Shown one piece after another: positions 57,721 to 64,000 of a DNA stretch of 64,000 bases; the stretch's first letter is position 1, and every line of letters begins with the position of its first letter. Location: the IMG/VR virus record IMGVR_UViG_3300045971_000344, positions 186,001-250,000 of that record. One strand, written 5' to 3'. The position numbers and the translations under genes were made by a program. The notes beneath the pieces are model-generated. The model was not told where the DNA came from and made no database searches. It was given only the letters and a program-made list of their open reading frames with translations.

Positions 57721-58590
57721 ATGGCATATCATAAGTTACAAGTAACTATTTCAGCGGCAGGTGGTGGAAAGTCCACGCATGACCATCCTAAGGGACTTTC
57801 TAAGCCAGCTAGCTCTGGTGATAACTGGTTTGACCGTTTAAGTGAGGACGAGCAGACGGAATATATAGAGTCGCATCCTAATTCAAAGTATGCTAAAAAT
57901 ATTCACCGTGTTGACCACGAAGACCAATCGGATAAGAGTAAGAAGAAATCCGGATCTGATACTAAAAATCCAAAAGCAATGCGCCATGTATTGGCTGATA
58001 AAATAAAGGTCCTACCTAAGAAACACAAAGAATTTTTTGAGACCGAGCAGGACCAACCCAATTCAGAACAACGTTCAGGTATTGCAAAGCACATACGATT
58101 GAACCATAAAGAAATAGTTAAGCACATGAAAGGTCAGATTGTAGAGTGGAAAGATGGATGCGGGGCTATTGCAAAGCTCGCTACTGGTAAGTCCATTTCG
58201 GCACATGAAAAGAAAGCATTGAAGGCCCTAGTTATAGATGCATCCGTTATAGCTGCTTCTGTTGCTGTAACAGGTGGGTTTGCTCACGGAGCAGCGCTGG
58301 CATTGAAGCACGTTGGATTCGATGTCTTAAAAGATGTTGTACTCAAAACGGTTATAAGAGGAACTACAAGAGCAATGGGCGCATCTACAGGAGTAACTGG
58401 ACTGGTAGGCTTAGAAGCCTTGGCTACTACAGCTGCCTCTAAGAAAGTAAACCCAGATAGAATAAACGATAAGATAATGAGCATGCTGGTTAAACAGCTT
58501 GCGGCCTATATTGAAAAGGGTGATATCCCTAAAGAGGCTTGGGATAAGGCTATTGATGAATTGGCTGCAACTAATAGGAAGCGTAAATGA
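57721..58590 (+). CDS. Leader plus WF-HPNSKY module protein with hydrophobic Gly/Ala-rich segments
   Basis: DNWFDRLSEDEQTEYIESHPNSKYAK; hydrophobic stretch ALVIDASVIAASVAVTGGFAHGAALAL. Confidence 0.7.
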   Translation: MAYHKLQVTISAAGGGKSTHDHPKGLSKPASSGDNWFDRLSEDEQTEYIESHPNSKYAKNIHRVDHEDQSDKSKKKSGSDTKNPKAMRHVLADKIKVLPKKHKEFFETEQDQPNSEQRSGIAKHIRLNHKEIVKHMKGQIVEWKDGCGAIAKLATGKSISAHEKKALKALVIDASVIAASVAVTGGFAHGAALALKHVGFDVLKDVVLKTVIRGTTRAMGASTGVTGLVGLEALATTAASKKVNPDRINDKIMSMLVKQLAAYIEKGDIPKEAWDKAIDELAATNRKRK

Positions 58591-58868
58591 AAGCCCGTTC
58601 AGCGTATGGCGCGTATAAGCAAGCACAAAGAACAATCCTTAAACAAAGACCTACGGCTAAACAGATTAGAACATCCAGTTATGGCGATGACTGGTCAAGT
58701 ATAAGTGCTACTTGTCTTAAGCTAGCAAATTATACTTGTAGCTGTGGATTGAAGGCAAATAGGGCGCATCATATTATTCCTCTATCTAAAGGCGGATCAA
58801 ACGCTCAGTTTAACCTAAAAGCAGTCTGTGAGGTCTGCCATAAAAAATATCATAAGCACCTGCGATAG
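58587..58868 (+). CDS. Small HNH endonuclease (paralog of 43777)
   Basis: YG.DW...C..LAN..C...AHHI.PL.KGG.N...NLKA.C..CH...H. Confidence 0.85.
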   Translation: MKARSAYGAYKQAQRTILKQRPTAKQIRTSSYGDDWSSISATCLKLANYTCSCGLKANRAHHIIPLSKGGSNAQFNLKAVCEVCHKKYHKHLR

Positions 58869-58909
58869 TATGTAGGGAATTAAATCTAATAAATGAGTGG
58901 GAGCAGCCT

Positions 58910-59158
58910 ATGGCTCGTACACAAGTAAATGCTGCACAGATCCTAAATGGAACAATACAAAAAGAGGACTTGAATACTAATACTCCAGGTAAGGCTGTAA
59001 TAACAAATTTAATAGCTGGTAATGGTATATCTTTAAGTAGCTCCGGCGTAGATCAAGGTACAGGATCAGTTACAATAAACGTAGTTAGAAATATTGATGG
59101 AGGTTCTCCAGATTCTGTCTACGCGAGAACACAGTCGATAGATGGAGGAGGACCTTAA
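58910..59158 (+). CDS. Small virion adaptor with two IDGG motifs
   Basis: Begins MARTQVNAAQI; contains NIDGG and SIDGG. Confidence 0.65.
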   Translation: MARTQVNAAQILNGTIQKEDLNTNTPGKAVITNLIAGNGISLSSSGVDQGTGSVTINVVRNIDGGSPDSVYARTQSIDGGGP

Positions 59159-59524
59159 ATGGCAGATTTAATTCAATTACGTGGTGGAGACTCGGCACAT
59201 TGGTCATTGGCCAACCCTGTACTTATGTCGCGTGAAGTAGGAATTGAGACAGATACTAATAGGATGAAGATTGGTGATGGAGTTACAAATTGGAATGATT
59301 TACCTTACCCTGCTACTTCTAATCATACTCATTTGACCTTTATTTTTAATCAAGATACTCCCAGTAACGTCTGGAATATAAATCATGGTCAAAATAAATT
59401 TCCTTCGGTTACTATCGTAGACTCAAGCGGCAGAGTAGTTATTGGACAAATAACTTATGTTGATCTTAATAATGTTCAACTTGACTTCAATGAAGGCTTT
59501 TCGGGAAAAGCCTATCTAAATTAA
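59159..59524 (+). CDS. Mtd-N-like domain virion protein
   Basis: IQLRGG...W...NPVL...EVGIETDT..MKIGDG.T.W..LPY, followed by a W.I.H....FPSV domain. Confidence 0.75.
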   Translation: MADLIQLRGGDSAHWSLANPVLMSREVGIETDTNRMKIGDGVTNWNDLPYPATSNHTHLTFIFNQDTPSNVWNINHGQNKFPSVTIVDSSGRVVIGQITYVDLNNVQLDFNEGFSGKAYLN

Positions 59525-59536
59525 AGGGGATTGACA

Positions 59537-61477
59537 ATGGCTTTAGACTACTACCAGAGTATAAACCTACACAAGGGTGAAATCCAGAATGTAAGAATCC
59601 AGAATTTACCGTCAGCACCAGCAGGACCAGTAGAAGGTCTTATTTATTATGACACTACGCTTCATCAGTTTGGTCACTACAATGGAACAGCCTGGGAATA
59701 TGTATCCTCAGTAGCAGGACTCAATTTAAAAGCAGACAAAACAATTACAATAAACGGTCATGACCTTTCTGCCAATGTAACCTTAAATGCCTCAGATGTA
59801 GGACTTGGTAACGTACTTAACGTAGCACAGATTCCAGCTACGGATAAAGGCGCGGCAAACGGTGTGGCCACCCTTGATGGTTCTGGTAGGTTGACTACTT
59901 CACAGATTCCAACGGTCTTAACCGGTGCAATGGTTTATCAGGGTACTTGGAACGCCGCTACTAATAGTCCTGCCCTAGCAAGTGGTACAGGCACGAAAGG
60001 TCAATATTACAAAGTATCTAATGCTGGTTCTACAGCTATTGATGGTAACAGCAATTGGACTACCGGAGATTTAATTATCTTCAATGGAACTACTTGGGAT
60101 AAAGTAGAAGGAGGATCTCCTGATGTTGTCTCCGTTGCTGGTCGGATTGGGGCTGTTGTGCTTACAACAGCAGATGTGGCTGCCTCTACTAATAAGAATT
60201 ATGTCACCGATGCCCAAGCAGTCGTCATCGGAAACACAAGTAACACAAACACAGGCGATGAGACTATCACCACAATCAAGTCCAAACTTGGAATAACTAC
60301 TCTCAGTGGTTCAAACACGGGTGATCAGACGATTACGCTTACTGGTGATGTAACTGGATCCGGTACAGGTTCATTTGCCACCACTATTGCTGCTTCTTCG
60401 GTAACGCTTGCTAAGATGTCAACGTTGGCCGCAAACTCTTTTATAGGTAATAATACAGCATCTAATGCTACTCCTATTGCCTTAACAGTTGCACAAGCAA
60501 AGACGTTGCTGGCTATTACAGAAGCAGACGTTACGAACCTAACTACTGACTTGGCTGCCCGCGCACTGCTGACAACAAATACCTTTACGGGAAAACAGAC
60601 TTTTGTAGCTCCTACGACGGCAATAGCTTCAGTACTTCTTCCTAACGGTGCGGCGAACCCTACTACTCCAGTTAGCGGTGACTTATGGGCAAACACTGGC
60701 GTCATTAAATGGTACAATGGAACAACAACAAAGAACATTGCTTTTACGGATTCGGCTATTACAGGTTCAGCCGCAGGAGTAACGGGCGGACTTGTAAATC
60801 AGATTCTGTATCAGACCGCAGCTTCTACTACAGGTTTTATTACTACCGCAAACTCTGGAGTACTGATTACATCAGCCGCAGGGGTGCCTTCGATTGCAAC
60901 TACGCTTCCTGCAGTAAATGGCTCCGCCTTAACAGGATTAACCGGCGCACAGATTACTGGAAATATCGCGGGCAGCGCGGCGAATGTAACAGGTACTGTA
61001 GCAATAGCTAATGGTGGTACTGGACAGACTACTCAGCAAGCTGCTCTTAACGCGCTGTCAGGTACGCAATCCTCAGGGAAGTATTTACGTTCTGATGGAG
61101 CCAATACTACCTTGGCATCTATTCAGGCCGCTGATGTTCCAACACTTAATCAGAACACAACTGGTACGGCTGCTAACGTAACCGGCGTGGTGGCAATCGC
61201 AAATGGTGGTACTGGAGCAGCAACAGCCGCCTTGGCCAGGACTGCATTAGCAGTTCCTACAAAGTACTCGGTAGCAATAGGTAATGGGGCCTTAACATCT
61301 TTCGTTATCACGCATAACTTAGGTACTCAGGACTTTGTTTTTGACTGCTGGGATATTTCAGTTAGTCCAAGAACTAGAGCAGTACCCTCGATTGTAAATA
61401 CTGATGCTAATAACGCTACAGTAAGTTTTTCAGTTGCTCCGACAACTAACCAGTTTCAGTTAATCTTTATTGGATAA
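59537..61477 (+). CDS. Tail fibre-like protein
   Basis: Thr/Ala/Gly-rich, with fibre motifs NGVATLD..G.L, YQGTWNA, V.SVAGR.GAV and IANGGTG. Confidence 0.8.
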   Translation: MALDYYQSINLHKGEIQNVRIQNLPSAPAGPVEGLIYYDTTLHQFGHYNGTAWEYVSSVAGLNLKADKTITINGHDLSANVTLNASDVGLGNVLNVAQIPATDKGAANGVATLDGSGRLTTSQIPTVLTGAMVYQGTWNAATNSPALASGTGTKGQYYKVSNAGSTAIDGNSNWTTGDLIIFNGTTWDKVEGGSPDVVSVAGRIGAVVLTTADVAASTNKNYVTDAQAVVIGNTSNTNTGDETITTIKSKLGITTLSGSNTGDQTITLTGDVTGSGTGSFATTIAASSVTLAKMSTLAANSFIGNNTASNATPIALTVAQAKTLLAITEADVTNLTTDLAARALLTTNTFTGKQTFVAPTTAIASVLLPNGAANPTTPVSGDLWANTGVIKWYNGTTTKNIAFTDSAITGSAAGVTGGLVNQILYQTAASTTGFITTANSGVLITSAAGVPSIATTLPAVNGSALTGLTGAQITGNIAGSAANVTGTVAIANGGTGQTTQQAALNALSGTQSSGKYLRSDGANTTLASIQAADVPTLNQNTTGTAANVTGVVAIANGGTGAATAALARTALAVPTKYSVAIGNGALTSFVITHNLGTQDFVFDCWDISVSPRTRAVPSIVNTDANNATVSFSVAPTTNQFQLIFIG

Positions 61478-61489
61478 TTAGGAGTAACT

Positions 61490-61981
61490 ATGCAAGATTT
61501 TAAAGATGTGCCAACGGTAAATGGTGTCCGTGTGTCCCTCCAGGGACACACGCACTCCGTATCAGAGATAACAGATACTTATGCCACAAGGGTACGTAGA
61601 GCGACTACAGTTCAGAGTATCTCAGCTAATACTGCTACTAAGATTCAGTTTAACGTGGAAGACTATGACTATGGAAATAACTATGATAATGTAACAAATT
61701 TTAGGTGGACAACACCAGCTGCACAGACAGTAGGTATTTACCGGGTAATGTGCTCTATATATTTATCCGGTACTTCTATTGGTAGACTTATGTTGTATAA
61801 AAACGGAGTAGAATATCAGAGACTTGTTGAGTATTCCTCGGCAATTATTCAGTACACTGGCTCTACAGAAATTGGCGGCTTAGTAGCTGGAACAGATTAC
61901 CTTGAGATCTATGCGTATTTGAGCACTGCAAGAAGTGTTGCTATAACAAATAGCTTTTTATCCATTAGTAGTGTATTTTAG
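61490..61981 (+). CDS. C1q/TNF-like domain fibre tip protein
   Basis: TKIQFN...GIYRV...LYKNG...DYLEIY. Confidence 0.65.
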   Translation: MQDFKDVPTVNGVRVSLQGHTHSVSEITDTYATRVRRATTVQSISANTATKIQFNVEDYDYGNNYDNVTNFRWTTPAAQTVGIYRVMCSIYLSGTSIGRLMLYKNGVEYQRLVEYSSAIIQYTGSTEIGGLVAGTDYLEIYAYLSTARSVAITNSFLSISSVF

Positions 61982-61991
61982 TGGAGGCACA

Positions 61992-63023
61992 ATGCAAGAT
62001 TATAAAGTTACTCCTACTGTTAATGGAGTTAAAGTGGTTCTGGAAGGTGGGACTACTAGCAAGGTAATAGCTGGGACAAGTGTAGTAGTAAGTTCAACAG
62101 GGCCTCAAGGTACTGGAGATGTTACCGTCGGATTAAATCAAGATCTGATTGAAATGACTTCTAATCTGCCTAAGTTAGTAATGACTGATACCCAGCAAAA
62201 TTATACCTTTGAGATCTGGCAGTTAGGAGGTTCAGAGGTAGATTTATTATTAAGAGATAACCTCGGTAATATAACAAATACCATCAATATGAATTACGAT
62301 GGAGAAAATGAGTATTTATCTGGAATGGCTAGACCTTTAGGTTCAGCTATCGGTCCTCGCCATGTTTTTTATATTTGTAATACCGAAGTAGGTGGGTTTG
62401 ACCATAGAGGTTGGGTTGCAGTAAATAGTAATAGAACCTCAGGGTCTACTACTAGGTCCCCATTAGATGTTACAGGTGATGCACTAATTGAAGGGGCCAT
62501 AACTGCTAATAGTTACAAGTCAAACGGTTTTACAGGTGTAACCGCCACTATTGGTAATCTAAGTTTTAATAATGGTTTACTTGTAGATAGTCCAGTTATT
62601 CCAAATACTTTTACCTCAGCGGTAGCTCCAGTAAAGGTACATACTATAGCTGCGCAAGCTATATCCGCAACAACCTATACTAAACTTGTTTTTGGTTCTA
62701 TAGACCATGCACCAATATCTGCAGCTTGGTCAGCCGCTAATAATAGGTATATAGCACAAACTTCCGGTATTTTTAGGGTCAGTGCTGCAATTAGGTGTAC
62801 AGGTACCGCTAGGTCGTCTAAACTGATGATCTATAAAAATGGTGTTTTAGTACATTCACTTCAAGATAATAACACAACCGCATTAACGGCTGTAAGCTAT
62901 GGAGGAACTACAGATATACAGTTAGTTCTGAATGACTATATAGAACTGTGGATTTATTCCTCTGCCGCAACAACCGTTGCTAGTAGCGCAGACTGTCATT
63001 TTTGTGTATCTCGTATTTACTAA
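61992..63023 (+). CDS. Fibre protein with C-terminal C1q-like domain
   Basis: Start at ATG 61992 (GGAGG RBS); TKLVF...GIFRV...IYKNG...DYIELW. Confidence 0.65.
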   Translation: MQDYKVTPTVNGVKVVLEGGTTSKVIAGTSVVVSSTGPQGTGDVTVGLNQDLIEMTSNLPKLVMTDTQQNYTFEIWQLGGSEVDLLLRDNLGNITNTINMNYDGENEYLSGMARPLGSAIGPRHVFYICNTEVGGFDHRGWVAVNSNRTSGSTTRSPLDVTGDALIEGAITANSYKSNGFTGVTATIGNLSFNNGLLVDSPVIPNTFTSAVAPVKVHTIAAQAISATTYTKLVFGSIDHAPISAAWSAANNRYIAQTSGIFRVSAAIRCTGTARSSKLMIYKNGVLVHSLQDNNTTALTAVSYGGTTDIQLVLNDYIELWIYSSAATTVASSADCHFCVSRIY

Positions 63024-63032
63024 GGAGTCGGT

Positions 63033-63821
63033 ATGATAAACTATGCACAATGTATACAGATAAAATACCCAGGAATTACTGAGTTAGACTTTGAATTACG
63101 TGAAGATGAAAATGGTTTAGACTTGATTTGGAATAATGAGGCAACTTATGGACCTAAGCCTTCATTTGGAGCTCTTGCAAGTTATGAACTTCCCACTAGA
63201 ATTCAGGAAAAGGTTATAGAACTTGATACAACTATGTATGATGAGATAACCAACGGCACTTCTGGTTATCAACTTCAAGGTCTTAACTCTAATTTTCGCA
63301 TAGACTCCGGTCGTGATGACCTGGACAATATGCGAAACTTGAGAGACTACTGCCGGCAGATGATAGTAGCATTTACAAATGGTGCCTATCCTGCAAACTT
63401 GGGTGGACAAGTTACAAACAATCACCCAGAGCTTAATCCCACTGGTGACTGGTATGGAGTAATCTCTAGCTTTGCGGTTGAATATGGATCGTGGGGAACT
63501 GGTGATGCCCAAGGAGTGGCCTACCTTAATTCCTGTAAAGGTACACTAACTGTAGGTGAACAAATTTATATGTGTGATAACGATCCTGTCAGATTGCCTG
63601 TTGCAGTTCCTGTATACTTTGTAAAAAATAACATGATGGGTACAGTTATCAAAGGTTTTGAAAATAACTTTCATCCAGTAACTTTGCAGGAACTAGACGT
63701 AATAATTTTTGAGTTACAAGCATACGGACTTTGGCTGTACCAACATAAATGGGAGAAGGTAGCACAGGTAATGACTTGTACTACTGTTGAACAATTAGAA
63801 GCAATTTCATTTTTCAGTTGA
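63033..63821 (+). CDS. Putative tail fibre assembly chaperone
   Basis: XkdW-like N-terminus (YP....DFEL......IWN....PKP) and a DUF4376-like C-terminus (TTVEQLEAI). Confidence 0.5.
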   Translation: MINYAQCIQIKYPGITELDFELREDENGLDLIWNNEATYGPKPSFGALASYELPTRIQEKVIELDTTMYDEITNGTSGYQLQGLNSNFRIDSGRDDLDNMRNLRDYCRQMIVAFTNGAYPANLGGQVTNNHPELNPTGDWYGVISSFAVEYGSWGTGDAQGVAYLNSCKGTLTVGEQIYMCDNDPVRLPVAVPVYFVKNNMMGTVIKGFENNFHPVTLQELDVIIFELQAYGLWLYQHKWEKVAQVMTCTTVEQLEAISFFS

Positions 63822-63854
63822 ACCTCAGTTAAACCCGTAAAGGGGAGGATAGAA

Positions 63855-64000
63855 ATGTCGGATAATATTTTATTTAAACCCATGGACGTTATTGTATTTT
63901 ATAGTCGCCCTTACAACATTCTCCATAAATTGATTAATTGGAGATGCTTAGATGATTCCCCTCATTGTGCCACTGTTGTAGACCTTGCTTCTTCTGGAGA
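63855..64000 (+). CDS. Partial ORF, possibly a permuted papain-like (YiiX/YebB-like) amidase
   Basis: GGAGG RBS; FKPMDVIVF...LI.W......HCA.V; truncated by the window end. Confidence 0.35.
   Translation, partial: MSDNILFKPMDVIVFYSRPYNILHKLINWRCLDDSPHCATVVDLASSG

Noticed and set aside
1-64000. Stop-codon reassignment
   Set aside because: TAA, TAG and TGA all terminate well-defined genes, and coding density is high under the standard code.
1-64000. tRNA genes
   Set aside because: No cloverleaf with T-loop GTTCRA and acceptor stem was recognised by eye; tRNAscan-SE was not run.

Overview
This window looks like part of a large tailed (myovirus-type, probably jumbo) phage genome in the standard genetic code. 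The left arm (1-34.6 kb, all minus strand) is a virion module. It holds a tail sheath, a major capsid protein, a putative decoration protein, an acidic scaffold-like protein, a ferritin, two glycosyltransferases and a large set of fibre or appendage genes (an 8x LamG protein, Gly-X-Gln collagen-like proteins, EITAR coiled-coil repeat proteins and Mtd-N-like domains). A 2.4 kb gene-poor interval (34.62-37.0 kb) sits next to the strand switch and has two parts. One is a palindrome- and GNA-triloop-rich, purine-skew-inverting segment that looks like a replication origin. The other is a ~1.5 kb densely structured minus-strand non-coding RNA candidate, with long-range helices and its own promoter-like motif, lying downstream of a RuvC-like gene. 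The right arm (37.7-64 kb, plus strand) is dominated by small basic proteins. About 20-25 ORFs share an N-terminal leader (M-[RK]-x-[IV]-x-[VI]-x-[IL]-x-[TSA]-[AS]), and five share a W[WF]...HP[NR]SK[YF]AK module. Candidate cargoes include a topoisomerase IB, a putative ADP-ribosyltransferase and a transglutaminase-like enzyme, which suggests a capsid-cargo addressing and injection system. A second fibre cluster closes the window. From memory only, the gene content resembles the phiRSL1/Lu11/PaBG/Y3-type jumbo myoviruses; this was not checked. All family calls come from motif recognition by eye, and no database searches or folding programs were run.
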